The notes: generated by a model from the letters alone, not told the origin. A DNA stretch of 64,000 bases from Acidimicrobiia bacterium (GCA_965215185.1 OZ244034.1:1632001-1696000); one strand, 5' to 3'. Numbered from the stretch's first letter, positions 40,427-52,039 are shown. Numbers and translations: made by a program.

Positions 40427-40780
40427 TGGTGGAGGTGCGGGGAGTCGAACCCCGGTCCGATGAGTTCTTCGTGTCGAATTCTCCGAGCGCAGCCGCCGGT
40501 GGTTTCTCGGCTCGTGGGATCACGGCAGCTATCTCCCACGGCCCATCCGGTTAACTTGGCCCGGCGGTCCCGGAAGTCCGCCAGGGGCATCCCGCATTAG
40601 CGTCGCCCTGGGCCAACGGGGCGGGAACCCATCGGACAGGACGGGCTACCTATCTATCAGGCAGCCAGCGCCATTTGTGGTTTGGCACTTGTTTGTTTAC
40701 CCAGTTGTTTTACGAGGTACCGGAAACCTCGGCTCGCTTTCGACACGGCGATTACTCAACGTCGAATCCAAGTCACCCCC
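40427..40780 (-). ncRNA. ssrA: tmRNA; tag peptide AKPQMALAA (40686-40657)
   Basis: GGGGGTG/CACCTCC-ACCA acceptor stem with G3-U, GGTTCGACTCC T-arm, ALAA-stop tag, next to smpB. Confidence 0.95.
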
Positions 40781-40853
40781 ATGGTTTTTTTGTGTTCGTA
40801 GAACTATACAGCCCTGTGGCGACAATCGCCCTTCCCTTTTTGACCTGCCTTGT

Positions 40854-41324
40854 TTAGTACCCTTCCAGGCGGCGACCCACCCTGCGCACTCCCCGTTCCA
40901 TCTCCCGCCGTTCCTCCCGCTCCCTGATTACGTGTCGCTTGTCTACTTTGCTACGTCCCTTGGCCAGGGCCAACTCCATTTTTGCCTTCCCGTCCTTGAA
41001 ATAGAGTCGCAGCGGCACCAGGGTCAAACCCCGCTCGGCCACCCGGGAGGTGATCCGCTCTATCTCCCGGCGGTGCAAGAGGAGCTTTCGAGGCCTGAGG
41101 GGATCATGCCCTCCATCCCGAGCGAAGGCGTATGGGGAGATGTGCATCCCCGTCAACCACACTTCACCCGATTTGATTGTCGCAAACGCCTCGCTGATAG
41201 AACCTCCATGGTTACGGAGGCTTTTAACTTCGGAGCCGACCAGTATCAGGCCAGCCTCAAAAGTCTCCTGCACGTCATAGTCAAATCGGGCCCGTCGGTT
41301 GGTGGCGATCAGTTTCACTCCCAC
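40854..41324 (-). CDS. smpB: SsrA-binding protein
   Basis: NRRARFDY, EAGLxLxGSEVKSLR, RKLLLH, LAKG..DKR. Confidence 0.97.
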   Translation of the reverse strand: MGVKLIATNRRARFDYDVQETFEAGLILVGSEVKSLRNHGGSISEAFATIKSGEVWLTGMHISPYAFARDGGHDPLRPRKLLLHRREIERITSRVAERGLTLVPLRLYFKDGKAKMELALAKGRSKVDKRHVIREREERREMERGVRRVGRRLEGY

Positions 41325-41331
41325 AAGTATG

Positions 41332-42576
41332 TCATCCCTGCAGGTATTTGAGAGGATCCACCGTGCCACCGCTCTCTCGCACCTCGAAGTGAAGATGAGG
41401 CCCGGTACAAAGTCCCGTGCAGCCCATGTATCCAATCACCTCCCCCTCACTGACACTGCGGCCTACCGAGGTCCCTAGACGGGAAAGGTGGGCATAGATG
41501 CTGGTCACATCCCCTCCGTGTTGGAGCACTATGGCGTTTCCGTAGCCGCCCCACGACTGAGCAAGAATCACTCTGCCTTCGGAGGCGGCCCGGATCGGGG
41601 TGCCCGTCGACCCGCCCAGATCCAGGCCGTTGTGAAAAATCCGCCGATTAAGAATGGGATGGGTCCTCCAGCCGTAACGACTGGTGATCGCACCATCCGT
41701 CGGCCACGACATTTTCCCCGGACGAAGGGCCCGCTGCAGGAGCACCTTCCGGTAGATGATCTCTTTGGCCAAGGCGGCGGCGGCCTCCTGCATGCCTTCC
41801 TTCGCCTCCTGGAAAGCGTGGATCTGCACCTGCACACCGGCAACGAGATCCTCCACCACAGACAGCTGGGAAGACGCCTCCAGGCGCAGTCTTTCCACCT
41901 CCCACAAGTCCGCGACCCTCACCTCCCGCTGTTCATCCAATAAGACAAGTTGGTCGGAAGCGGCAGTCTGCTCCTTCTCGAGAAGGGACTCTCTTTCCTC
42001 ACGGTCCTGGTCCAACGCATGCAGGTCACGAATCTCCTGATCAGCCTCGGCCAGCAGGTCCCCTCCGTAGACCCTCCCCAGGGTCAAGTCGATGACATCC
42101 TCCTGCTGAAGCACCGCCCATCTGCCCGCCGAGAAGAATTCCATGTACAGATCCACCGCTCGGCTCTCTATGGCGAGGGTTTTCTCCACTATGTGGGAGC
42201 GAATCGTGGCCAACTGCAGTTCCAGAAGGCCTATCCGGTTCTCCACTGCGGAAAGTCGGCGTTCCCCGGCAGCCACTTCCTCCTCGGCCAGAATCAATCG
42301 GACCCGCGCCGCATCCAAGTCCACCTTCACTTGGGTGAGACGATGGCGGGCGATGTCGACCTCTTCCTCGGTGGCAACCAAGACTTCCAGGTTCACATCT
42401 ACGGACTGCTCTACCTCAGAGATCCCCTCCCGGACACCTTTCAACTCCTCTTCCAGTTCCGCGATCCGCTGGGCGATTTCATCGGCCGTGTCTGCCTCAA
42501 CCGGGATACCGGGGGATAGTGACACGACAATCAACGCCAATACCACCGCCGCCCAACCTCCCCATCCCCTTTTCAC
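41332..42576 (-). CDS. Coiled-coil M23 peptidase (EnvC-like)
   Basis: Signal peptide, long coiled coil, HxGxD and TGPHLHFE. Confidence 0.9.
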   Translation of the reverse strand: MKRGWGGWAAVVLALIVVSLSPGIPVEADTADEIAQRIAELEEELKGVREGISEVEQSVDVNLEVLVATEEEVDIARHRLTQVKVDLDAARVRLILAEEEVAAGERRLSAVENRIGLLELQLATIRSHIVEKTLAIESRAVDLYMEFFSAGRWAVLQQEDVIDLTLGRVYGGDLLAEADQEIRDLHALDQDREERESLLEKEQTAASDQLVLLDEQREVRVADLWEVERLRLEASSQLSVVEDLVAGVQVQIHAFQEAKEGMQEAAAALAKEIIYRKVLLQRALRPGKMSWPTDGAITSRYGWRTHPILNRRIFHNGLDLGGSTGTPIRAASEGRVILAQSWGGYGNAIVLQHGGDVTSIYAHLSRLGTSVGRSVSEGEVIGYMGCTGLCTGPHLHFEVRESGGTVDPLKYLQG

Positions 42577-42589
42577 TTGTGACCATCCA

Positions 42590-43486
42590 CTACGAATCAA
42601 CTTCCCGCAGATGCCGACTAAGCCCCAAGAGAGATCCTGCCACACCCACCGTAGCCCCGAACAGCACCAACACCAATCCCCAGCGGAAGAAGAACCTGCC
42701 TGGGATGCTGAGGGTGATCAATTGGATACTTTCTCCCAGGCTGTCGAGATTGCGAGAAGCGACCCAAACGGTTAACACTGCCATGAGAGCCCCGACCATG
42801 CCCTCGATCAAGCCCTCCAAGACGAACGGGACACGGATGAACCAATTGGACGCACCCACCAACTTCATCACAGACACCTCGTTGCGACGGGAGTAGATGG
42901 CGAGGCTGATGGTGTTGGAGATAAGGATCACCGCCGAGAGGCCCAGCACCAACGCCAATCCCCAGCCCAGCAGGTTGAGCACCCGAGAGATGGTTGAGAG
43001 TTGGTCTATCTGCTCCCCGAACGATCTGACTTCCCACACCACCGGATTCGCAGCGAGACGGAACTGGACATCGCGATACAGGTCGATGGTCTGCAGTTCG
43101 ATCCGAAGGGAGGCAGGCAACTTGAGTGGATCGGTCACCTCGATCAATTCTGGACGGGAAGCGAAGATCTCCTTGAACTCCTCATAGGCCGCCGCCTTGT
43201 CGACGTAGTTGACCGTCGCCACCTCTTCCCAAGACTCCACTTCAACCCGATAGGTCATTTGCCCGGCTGCGTCAAGACCGCCCTGGTCGGGATCCTTCAA
43301 AAAGGCGATGATGTGGGTGCCCTGCTGCCATCCGATGGTATTGAGACGCAGTAATTCGTTGACCACCAGTGCTCCGAACGCCAAGGTCAGGGAGATGAAG
43401 ACCGCCAAAACCGCCCCGGTGGCCACCAGGGCATTGCGCCGCAGGTTTACCAGCGACTCCCCTACCAAAAAGATCATCCTGCCCAT
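42590..43486 (-). CDS. ftsX: Cell-division permease FtsX
   Basis: NTIxLAIxxRRxExxVMKLVGAxxWFIxxPF; follows ftsE. Confidence 0.93.
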   Translation of the reverse strand: MGRMIFLVGESLVNLRRNALVATGAVLAVFISLTLAFGALVVNELLRLNTIGWQQGTHIIAFLKDPDQGGLDAAGQMTYRVEVESWEEVATVNYVDKAAAYEEFKEIFASRPELIEVTDPLKLPASLRIELQTIDLYRDVQFRLAANPVVWEVRSFGEQIDQLSTISRVLNLLGWGLALVLGLSAVILISNTISLAIYSRRNEVSVMKLVGASNWFIRVPFVLEGLIEGMVGALMAVLTVWVASRNLDSLGESIQLITLSIPGRFFFRWGLVLVLFGATVGVAGSLLGLSRHLREVDS

Positions 43487-43498
43487 GGAAGTTCGCCT

Positions 43499-44284
43499 CT
43501 AAAGCTCCGACCGAGCGGCGCCGGAATCACCGGAGCCCGGCGCCGCTGGCGTGTCCGATGCGGAAGGAGGGGTGGAGTCCGGAATATCGGAATCCGTGGC
43601 CTCCTCGAATCCGCCTACCTTCTCGTCCCGCACTATTGCGCCCGCATCGATGGCCACCACCCGGCGCCTCATGGCGTTGACGATGGCATGATCGTGGGTG
43701 GCCATCACCACGGTGGTGCCAGAGCGGTTGATGCGATCCAGGATTCTCATGATCCCCACCGAGGTGGAGGGATCGAGGTTCCCGGTGGGTTCGTCGGCTA
43801 ACAGGATCAGGGGACGGTTTACAAAGGCTCTGGCGATGGAGACCCGCTGCTGCTCTCCCCCCGAGAGCTGATCAGGGTACCGGGCGCCCAGTTCTTCGAG
43901 TCCCACCAACTCCAGGACCTGATCAACTTGGGATCGGATCGCCGATCGGGGCCGGCCTATTACTTCTAAAGCGAACGCTACGTTTTCCGCAACGGTCTTG
44001 GTGGACAGCAGCTTGAAGTCCTGAAAGACGGTGCCCATTGATCGGCGTAGAAAAGGCACCTTCCATCCCGGAAGGCGGGTTATGTCTTTTCCCGCAACCC
44101 AGATCCTCCCCCGGGTGACCATCTCCTGGCGAAGCAACAATCGGACTAGCGTGGATTTTCCCGACCCGGAGGGGCCAACCAGAAACACGAACTCGCCTCG
44201 GCGGATGTTGAGGGAGACATCGCGGGCTGCCACGGTACCACCTTTATACACCTTTGTGACAGAATCAAGCCTGATCAAAACCAA
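43499..44284 (-). CDS. ftsE: Cell-division ATPase FtsE
   Basis: [34 protein letters not shown]. Confidence 0.95.
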   Translation of the reverse strand: MVLIRLDSVTKVYKGGTVAARDVSLNIRRGEFVFLVGPSGSGKSTLVRLLLRQEMVTRGRIWVAGKDITRLPGWKVPFLRRSMGTVFQDFKLLSTKTVAENVAFALEVIGRPRSAIRSQVDQVLELVGLEELGARYPDQLSGGEQQRVSIARAFVNRPLILLADEPTGNLDPSTSVGIMRILDRINRSGTTVVMATHDHAIVNAMRRRVVAIDAGAIVRDEKVGGFEEATDSDIPDSTPPSASDTPAAPGSGDSGAARSEL

Positions 44285-44355
44285 CTCTCCGACGGCTCAG
44301 GGAAGGGGCCTACCAACTGGCCAAAAATGATGCTACCACTCACAGGGACCAATAC

Positions 44356-45517
44356 TCAGGATCCCTTCTCAGAGAGAGTCCCCGTGCGGGATCGGCGCTC
44401 ATGGTTGGCACGCCGCCACTGCAGATAGGACTCCACCAGTGGCCCGATATCACCATTTAGGACCCGATGGACATCTCCGATTTCCAATCCGGTACGGATA
44501 TCTTTACATAGCTGAAAGGGCTGAAGGACATAAGACCTGATTTGTCGTCCCCATCCTGCTTCTCCCTGCTCTCCCCGGATGGCGTCTAGTTCGGCCTGGT
44601 GCTCTCGGCGGGACAACTCGGCCAGTCGGGAACGAAGAATATCCATGGCGCGGGAGCGATTCTGCAACTGAGAGCGCTCGTTCTGACACTGAACCACCAC
44701 CCCGGTGGGAAGGTGGGTGATGCGCACGGCCGAGTCGGTGGTGTTCACATGCTGTCCACCGGCCCCGGTGGATCGGTAGGTGTCGATGCGCAGATCGTCA
44801 TCATTGATCTGTATCTTCGACTCCTTTCCCATCTCTGGTGAGACATCCACACCGGCAAAAGAAGTATGTCGGCGGCTTTGGGAGTCGAAAGGGGAAATCC
44901 GCACCAATCGATGCACTCCTCGCTCCGATTCCAGATTTCCGTAGACTCTCTCCCCGCTGACCGTCAGGGTGGCCGACTTGATACCGGCCTCTTCCCCGGG
45001 CGTGATTTGAATCAAATCCCACCGATAGCCCCGGTCGGAGAGATAGCGCTGGTACATACGCATGAGCATTTCGGCCCAATCCTGGGCGTCCACTCCACCC
45101 GCTCCGGCATGGACGCTGAGAATGGCCGGATAGTCGTCGTACTCCCCGAAATAGAGGCTGGAGATTTCCAACTCCCCCAGAATGGATTCGGCGATACGCA
45201 ATTCGCCGGAGGCCTCCTCCAGAGCCTCATCGGCGCCCGCTCCTCCTTCATCAGCCATTCCCAGGAGCACCTCGGCGTCGTCCAGACGCTGGGCGAGACC
45301 GTCGAAAGCCGCGATCAGGCTTTCGTGTCCGGCTATGCGGCGACCGATCTCCCGAGCGCGTTCGGGGTCTGACCAGAATCCGGGAGCGGCCGAGGCGCGG
45401 TGTAACAGGATCGCCTCTGATCTCTTCTGGTCGAGGTCAAAGGAACCTCCCGGCTTCGTCCAGACGGAAACGTAATTCGGCGAGGATCGCCTCGGGGTCG
45501 AAGTGCTCTATAGACAT
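44356..45517 (-). CDS. prfB: Peptide chain release factor 2 with programmed +1 frameshift
   Basis: SPF and GGQ motifs; ATG 45517, GGGAGG-TTC-CTT-TGA-C at 45451-45436. Confidence 0.95.
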
Positions 45518-45590
45518 AATCAGGCTTCTGGGTTGCTTGGTGGTGGCCGAACAACAAGGCTAACCCGACCACAGGCCCTTCCGGTTGCCT

Positions 45591-48206
45591 TTATGCCTTG
45601 GTCGCTACTTGGTTTCCATGGCAGCGCTTGAACTTTTTGCCGCTGCCGCATGGACAGGGGGTGTTGCGCCCCACTTTGGGGCCCCGCACCCGAGCCGAGC
45701 GTTGAGGTTGGGGAACGGCTGGGACCGCGGGGCGGGAGGGCTTGGTCGCCTTGACGTGAAAGAGGTAGCGAACCGCGTCCCGTTTAATGGAGTCCACCAT
45801 CTCCGCGAAGAGATCGTAAGCCTCCCGCTGGTATTCGGTAAGTGGGTCCCTCTGACCCATCGCCCTAAGGCCTATGCCCGAGCGCAGGTAGTCCATCTCG
45901 GCCAGGTGTTCTCGCCATTTGTGGTCTATAACCGAGAGCATCACCGAACGTTCCACCGCCGCGACGACCCGCGGACCCAATTCCTCCACCTTCTGGCGGT
46001 AAGCTTCCCGCGCCTCTTCCAGGGCCATCTCGGCGACCTGTTCCGAGGTGAGCCTTGTTTTTCCTCCGTTGGGGGACAGTTGGCTTGGGTAGTAGATCTC
46101 AAGTTCGCTGTTGAGTTTCTCCCAATCCCATTCGCCGGGCGCTAGAGCACCGAACTCTCCGGACACCACCCCGCCGATGGTCTCCTCCATCCATCTGCCC
46201 ATCAACCCGCCGGTCTCCTTGTTCACGAGGATCTCATTTCGCCATGCATAGATCCGCTCTCGCTGGCGGTTGATCACCTCGTCGTATTTGAGTACGTTCT
46301 TTCGGATCTCGAAGTTCTGCGCTTCCACCTGCCGCTGGGCTCTCTCCACCGCCCCGGTGACCATCTTGTGCTCGATGGGCACCTCGTCGGGGATTTTGAG
46401 CCTGTCCATGATCGACGCCACCCGTTCCCCCTGAAAACGACGCATCAGGTCGTCCTCCAATGACAGGAAAAACCGGGTGCGGCCCGGATCGCCCTGCCGG
46501 CCTGACCGGCCCCGCAACTGGTTGTCGATCCGGCGTGACTCGTGCCGCTCGGTTCCCAATACCAGCAAACCCCCGGCGCTGAGCACTTTCTGCCGATCCT
46601 CGGCGAGGTCTTCTTGAAATTCGGCGGCCATCTCCCGATAGCGCAGTTCGTAGTTGGGGTCTTGGAGGTCTACTCCGGCTCTGCGCAGATGCAACCGGGC
46701 CAGCGACTCGTGGTTGCCTCCCAACATGATGTCCACTCCCCTGCCCGCCATATTGGTGGCGACCGTCACCGCGCCGGGCCGACCGGCTTGGGCGATGATG
46801 TCTGCTTCACGGGCGTGATGTTTGGCGTTGAGCACTTCGTGGGGGATGCCCCGACGGGTCAGCGAGGTAGATAGACGCTCGGAGTTTTCGATGGAGACGG
46901 TGCCCAACAGCACCGGCTGTCCTCGCTCGTGGGCTTCGGCTACCTCCTCCACAACGGTGTGGTATTTGGCGCTCTCCGTTTTGTATACCTGGTCTCCCTG
47001 ATCGTCGCGGACCACCGGTTGGTTGGTGGGGATGCTTACCACCTCCAGGTTGTAAATCTGGGCAAGTTCGGGCGCCTCGGTCACAGCGGTCCCGGTCATG
47101 CCAGACAGTTTCTCGTACATGCGAAAGTAGTTCTGCAAGGTGATCGTGGCCAGCGTCTGGTTCTCATCGAGGATTCTCACTCCCTCCTTGGCCTCGATGG
47201 CCTGATGGAGCCCTTCCGAATAGCGACGGCCTTCCAGCACCCGCCCGGTGAATTCGTCCACGATCTTCACCTGTCCGCGATCGAGGAGGTATTCCTGGTC
47301 CCGGTGGTAGAGTTCCTTGGCTCTCAGCGCCGTTTCCAAATAGCTGACAAAATCCACCGCCGCTTGGTCGTAGAGGTTTTCCACCCCCAGGAACTCCTCC
47401 ACCTGAGTAACCCCCTCCTCGGTGGTCAGCACCTGTCTTTTACCCTCGTCCACCTCGTAATGGATGTCCCTGTGCAGCCGGGTGGAGATCCGGGCAAAGT
47501 CCCGGTACCACTTGGCGCTGTCGGACACCCGGCCCGAGATGATTAGTGGAGTCCGAGCCTCGTCGATGAGGATTGAGTCGACTTCGTCCACGATGCCGTA
47601 GTTATGCCCCCGCTGCACCATGTTGTCAGGACTCATCGACATGTTGTCCCGCAGGTAGTCGAAGCCAAACTCGTTGTTGGTCCCGTAAGTGATGTCACAC
47701 CGGTAGGCGGGACGGCGTTCGGCCGGAGACATGGAAGACTGGATAAGGCCTATTTCCATACCCAGGAACCGATGCACAGAGCCCATCCACTCCGCATCCC
47801 GGGCAGCCAGGTAGTCGTTGACCGTTACCAAATGAACGCCCCGGCCGCTCAGGGCATTCAGGTAGGCAGGCATGGTGGAAACCAGGGTCTTCCCCTCGCC
47901 GGTTTTCATCTCGGCGACTTTCCCCTCATGAAGGGCCCCCGCCCCCACTATCTGCACGTCATAGGGCCGCTGGCCCAGCACTCGGCGGGCGACTTCCCGC
48001 ACCACTGCAAACGCCTCGGGCATCAGGTCGTTGAGGCTTTCGCCTCGTTCAATTCTTTGTCGAAATTGGCCCGTCTTGGCGGAAAGCTCCGCGTCGGAGA
48101 GGCGCTCGGTTGCGCCTTCCAACGCGTTCACTCGCTGCGCCAAACCGGTTAGACGCTTGAGTGAACGGCTTTCCCCTGCCTTGAGAACCTTGCTGAGCAT
48201 TCCCAT
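45591..48206 (-). CDS. secA: Preprotein translocase ATPase SecA
   Basis: [31 protein letters not shown] motif. Confidence 0.98.
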   Translation of the reverse strand: MGMLSKVLKAGESRSLKRLTGLAQRVNALEGATERLSDAELSAKTGQFRQRIERGESLNDLMPEAFAVVREVARRVLGQRPYDVQIVGAGALHEGKVAEMKTGEGKTLVSTMPAYLNALSGRGVHLVTVNDYLAARDAEWMGSVHRFLGMEIGLIQSSMSPAERRPAYRCDITYGTNNEFGFDYLRDNMSMSPDNMVQRGHNYGIVDEVDSILIDEARTPLIISGRVSDSAKWYRDFARISTRLHRDIHYEVDEGKRQVLTTEEGVTQVEEFLGVENLYDQAAVDFVSYLETALRAKELYHRDQEYLLDRGQVKIVDEFTGRVLEGRRYSEGLHQAIEAKEGVRILDENQTLATITLQNYFRMYEKLSGMTGTAVTEAPELAQIYNLEVVSIPTNQPVVRDDQGDQVYKTESAKYHTVVEEVAEAHERGQPVLLGTVSIENSERLSTSLTRRGIPHEVLNAKHHAREADIIAQAGRPGAVTVATNMAGRGVDIMLGGNHESLARLHLRRAGVDLQDPNYELRYREMAAEFQEDLAEDRQKVLSAGGLLVLGTERHESRRIDNQLRGRSGRQGDPGRTRFFLSLEDDLMRRFQGERVASIMDRLKIPDEVPIEHKMVTGAVERAQRQVEAQNFEIRKNVLKYDEVINRQRERIYAWRNEILVNKETGGLMGRWMEETIGGVVSGEFGALAPGEWDWEKLNSELEIYYPSQLSPNGGKTRLTSEQVAEMALEEAREAYRQKVEELGPRVVAAVERSVMLSVIDHKWREHLAEMDYLRSGIGLRAMGQRDPLTEYQREAYDLFAEMVDSIKRDAVRYLFHVKATKPSRPAVPAVPQPQRSARVRGPKVGRNTPCPCGSGKKFKRCHGNQVATKA

Positions 48207-48267
48207 CCGATAACCAATGTTATCTCGCCCGAAGAATTATGCGGGAGCAATTGCCCCCGACCCATCC

Positions 48268-48798
48268 TCAGCCCTGTGACTCAATGAGACCCAACCGACC
48301 ATCGCGTCGACGGTATAGAACGCTGTGGCAGTTGTTGGTGGAATTGAGGAAAAAGAAGAAATCGTGGCCCAGCATCTCCATCTGCAACTGTGCCTCGGCC
48401 ACATTCATCGGCTTGATTATGAACCTTTTCACCCGCACTATCTCATCGGCTTCCGGCTCCAGGGTCGCTGGCGGCATCGATCCGGTGTGACGAGTTCGGT
48501 CTATCACCTTTGTTTTGAGCCGGCGGACGCGGCGGGTGAAACGGTCGGTGGCGGAGTCAAGCGCCGTCACCGGGGTGGGGGCGGCCGCCTCCGCTCGAAT
48601 CGTTCTGCCTAGTGCCTGGCCGGTCAATTCGACGCGAAAACGCGCTTCCGCCAATCGGGGATTGGTTTCCCGGATGATCTCCACGTCTACCGACTTGAGA
48701 TCGGAGAACACCCGCGCGGCCCGGTTCACCTTATCGGACACGGTTTGACGGAAGCCTGGGGTCAATTCCGTGTTCCGGGAGCTGAGTCTTATCTCCAC
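48268..48798 (-). CDS. hpf: Ribosome hibernation factor (long HPF)
   Basis: IVRVKRF..KPM..EA..QMExLGHDFFxF...YRRxDG; upstream of secA. Confidence 0.9.
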   Translation of the reverse strand: MEIRLSSRNTELTPGFRQTVSDKVNRAARVFSDLKSVDVEIIRETNPRLAEARFRVELTGQALGRTIRAEAAAPTPVTALDSATDRFTRRVRRLKTKVIDRTRHTGSMPPATLEPEADEIVRVKRFIIKPMNVAEAQLQMEMLGHDFFFFLNSTNNCHSVLYRRRDGRLGLIESQG

Positions 48799-48852
48799 TA
48801 TTGAGATCCCTTTTCTTAGGTGAGCACCTAAAGAGTAGCCCGTCCAACCCCT

Positions 48853-49422
48853 CTAGGAAGGACATCTAGGGGAACAGGTTGCGGTCACCGCCGTCTCCAC
48901 CCGGGATGTACCCAGCGTCGCCACGGCGGCTTCCAGGGTCATTCCGGTGGTGATCACATCGTCGACCAGCACCAAACCTTGCGGCGGAATCCATCGGCGG
49001 TGAAACCGCGGGACGGTGCGGACCGAGCGGCTCAGCCCGGTGTTGGCTGCGCCCCACAGGCGGGGGCCCAGCATATGGCATAGCTCATGGCCCGAGCGTC
49101 GGGAAAGCGCCTGCGCCAAAAGCAGGCCCGGGTCGGACCGGTATTTCAGACGGCGCGAGTAGATGCGGGGTATGGGGCCCAGCACCGAAGCGTCTGCGAG
49201 CAGCAGAGGCGCCATCACGGCCGCCAGCACTTCGGCTGCCTCCGGGCACAACCCTGGTATTTGAGGCGCAGCACCAACTGACGCCGCCGCCCGGTGTAAC
49301 AGACCCGAGGACACTCTCGTCCCCGAGTCCAACCTTCTTTGGGGCGGCGGTCTCATGGTGTGAACGCATGCCGGGCAAACAAACGATTCGCTGCTGGCAC
49401 GACAGGAAAGACACCAGATCAT
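48853..49422 (-). CDS. ComF-family phosphoribosyltransferase (possible local frameshift near 49260-49290)
   Basis: CxxC..CxxC N-terminus, LVDDVITTGxT; comF-hpf-secA synteny. Confidence 0.7.
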   Translation of the reverse strand: MIWCLSCRASSESFVCPACVHTMRPPPQRRLDSGTRVSSGLLHRAAASVGAAPQIPGLCPEAAEVLAAVMAPLLLADASVLGPIPRIYSRRLKYRSDPGLLLAQALSRRSGHELCHMLGPRLWGAANTGLSRSVRTVPRFHRRWIPPQGLVLVDDVITTGMTLEAAVATLGTSRVETAVTATCSPRCPS

Positions 49423-49514
49423 GTTGCCAATCTGATCTCTGCCTGTGACACACCGGCCCTCGGCGCTTCACCCACGCCGGCTAAGCCTGCTGCAACGGAG
49501 CCCAATGCGGGCTG

Positions 49515-51152
49515 CTACACCACCACTATCTCGACCAGCACCACCGGCCGCTGGCGTGTCTCGCTTCTCACCACCCGGGCCACGGTCCTTCTCGCCACCG
49601 CCCGCAGATGGCCCGGATCGGTCAAACCGTCCGCTACCCGCGCCGCTACCAATTCCGCCAGTTCGCTAACGGCCATATCCAACACCGCCACCGGGTCGTC
49701 CACCAGGCCCCGGCTCTCGATAGAGGGCTCGGAAACCAATTCGCCGGTCTCCCGGTCGGTCACCAGGGTCACCGTGACCACCCCGGCCTCGGATAGGCGG
49801 CCGCGATCCCGAAGCGCCCGGGTCTGCACCTCGCCCAGTGAGGATCCATCCAAGAACACATAGTCGGCTTCCACCACCCCGCGCTCCACCCACAGATCGT
49901 CTCCTTCCATCACCACCCGGTCTCCATCCTCCAAGACCTTGATCTGTTCCACCCCCACTTGTTCTGCCAATCGGGCATGAGCATGCAGGTGCCGGTACTC
50001 ACCGTGCACGGGCACAAAGGCCTCCGGTCGCACCAGTCGAAGCATGACCGCCAACTCGTCACGGGCGGCGTGTCCCGAGACATGTACTGGCGAGTTGAGC
50101 CCGTGAAACACCTCCGCTCCCAGGCGGAGCATGCCCGACACCAATTTGGAGACGGCCTTTTCGTTTCCGGGAACCGGGGTGGCGCTGATCAATACCGTGT
50201 CCCCATTTTGCAAAGAGAACTGACGGTGTGTCCCGTTGGACATGCGGGTCAGCGCCGAGAAGGGCTCCCCCTGACTGCCCGTGGCGATGAGCATCTGTTG
50301 TGAAACGGGGAGCCTGAGCAGCTCGGCGACAGTGACAATATGCTCTTCGGGCAACCAAAGCGCATCCAGTTCGGAGGCAATGCGGCTATTTCGCAGCATC
50401 GATCGGCCCGCCAGTGCTATTTTGCGGCCCGCTGCCACTCCCGCGTTGACGATCTGCTGCACCCGGTGAATGTGGGAGGAGAAACATGCGGCAAGCACCC
50501 GCCCTTCGGCGGCGGCGACGATGTCGGCGATGGGTTTGGACAATGATCCCTCGGAGGGCACGAATCCCGCCCGCTCGGCGTTGGTGCTGTCCCCCAGGTA
50601 CAGCCGCACTCCCCGATCACCGAATTCCGCCAGGGCCCCCAAGTCGGTGGCCCGGTTGTCGATGGGAGTCGGGTCAAGCTTGAAGTCCCCGGAGTGGAGT
50701 ATCACCCCCTCGGGAGTGTCGAATGCCAACGCCACCGCATCGGGAATGGAGTGACAGACCGGGATCAAGGTGAAATAGAAGGGCCAGTGGTCGATCTCCT
50801 CCCCGGTGGGGACCGGGCGAAGATCCGGAACCACCCCCAGTTCTTTGATCCGCTCTCCGGCTATTCGCAAAGAAAGCTCTGTCCCATAAACAGGAACGTT
50901 CACCTGCTGCAGAAAATACCCCAGCGCTCCCACATGGTCCTCGTGACCATGCGTCAACACCACGCATTCCACATCCTCAGACCTCTCCACCACCCAGGAC
51001 CAGTCGGGGAAAACCAGATCCACTCCCAGCATGTCGGCCTCCGGAAACATCAGTCCACAGTCGATCAGACAGATCTTTCCCTCCACCTCCAGGGCAGCAC
51101 AGTTGCGTCCGACCTCACCCAACCCCCCAAGGAACGTGATTTGTACGCTCAC
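49515..51152 (-). CDS. rnj: Ribonuclease J
   Basis: GGLGEVGRN, THGHEDH, TGSQGEP, HVSGH, PVHGE. Confidence 0.95.
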   Translation of the reverse strand: MSVQITFLGGLGEVGRNCAALEVEGKICLIDCGLMFPEADMLGVDLVFPDWSWVVERSEDVECVVLTHGHEDHVGALGYFLQQVNVPVYGTELSLRIAGERIKELGVVPDLRPVPTGEEIDHWPFYFTLIPVCHSIPDAVALAFDTPEGVILHSGDFKLDPTPIDNRATDLGALAEFGDRGVRLYLGDSTNAERAGFVPSEGSLSKPIADIVAAAEGRVLAACFSSHIHRVQQIVNAGVAAGRKIALAGRSMLRNSRIASELDALWLPEEHIVTVAELLRLPVSQQMLIATGSQGEPFSALTRMSNGTHRQFSLQNGDTVLISATPVPGNEKAVSKLVSGMLRLGAEVFHGLNSPVHVSGHAARDELAVMLRLVRPEAFVPVHGEYRHLHAHARLAEQVGVEQIKVLEDGDRVVMEGDDLWVERGVVEADYVFLDGSSLGEVQTRALRDRGRLSEAGVVTVTLVTDRETGELVSEPSIESRGLVDDPVAVLDMAVSELAELVAARVADGLTDPGHLRAVARRTVARVVRSETRQRPVVLVEIVVV

Positions 51153-52039
51153 TCTCCGTCCAAACCGGCCAAAGCTTCCCTGACCGCCTGGAGGGTCCCC
51201 TGGGAGGAAGCAACCAGAGGAAGTCGAAGGCCACCCAGCGGTTCCCAAAGTTCCTCCAGGGCTCCTTTCACCGGACCGGGATTGGTCTCCAAGAAACACG
51301 CCACACACAAAGGCATCAGCGCATGGTGCAAAGCAGTGGCTTTCCCGTAGTCTCCCCGGGCCGCGGCATGCACCATCTCTGCCACCGTCCTGCCGGCCAG
51401 GTGTGAGATCACCGAGACCACCCCCACCGCTCCCACCGACATCATGGGAAGTGTGTAGGAGTCCTGTCCGGAGTAAACCGTCAGCCCTGGTGCGGCCGCC
51501 GCCGTGAGCGAGGTGAAGTCAAGGTCCATGACCGCGTCTTTGGTGGCGACGATATTGGGGTGTTCGGCAAGTCGGGCCAGAGTGGCGACTTCGATGAGCC
51601 GCGCCGAGCGGGAAGGGATGTTGTAAACCAACATTGGCAGTTCAGTGGCGTCCGCTATCGCCTCGAAATGCGCCACCAGCCCGTCTTGGGTGGGTTTGTT
51701 GTAGTAGGGGGTGACCGCCATAACTCCCCCACAGCCCAACTGGGCCGCTCGGCGGCTGAGCGCCACCGAGGCCGCGGTGTTGTAGGTGCCGGTTCCTGCC
51801 ACCACCATCGCCCGTTCGCCCACCGCTTCCGAAATCGCCTTGTACATTCGCACCTTCTCGTCGGTGGAAAGCGTGGGTGATTCGCCGGTGGTGCCGGTGA
51901 TGACCAGCCCGTCGGAACCGTTTTCCACCAGGTGCTGCGCCAGCCGACGGGCCCTTTCAACATCCAATGAGCCGTCGGGGGCGAAGGGGGTGACCATCGC
52001 AGTAAGGACCCGGCCGAAGGGCGGCACTTGAGAATTCAC
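51149..52039 (-). CDS. dapA: 4-hydroxy-tetrahydrodipicolinate synthase
   Basis: GTTGESPTL, PYYNKP, YNIPxR, K Schiff-base site. Confidence 0.95.
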   Translation of the reverse strand: MNSQVPPFGRVLTAMVTPFAPDGSLDVERARRLAQHLVENGSDGLVITGTTGESPTLSTDEKVRMYKAISEAVGERAMVVAGTGTYNTAASVALSRRAAQLGCGGVMAVTPYYNKPTQDGLVAHFEAIADATELPMLVYNIPSRSARLIEVATLARLAEHPNIVATKDAVMDLDFTSLTAAAAPGLTVYSGQDSYTLPMMSVGAVGVVSVISHLAGRTVAEMVHAAARGDYGKATALHHALMPLCVACFLETNPGPVKGALEELWEPLGGLRLPLVASSQGTLQAVREALAGLDGE

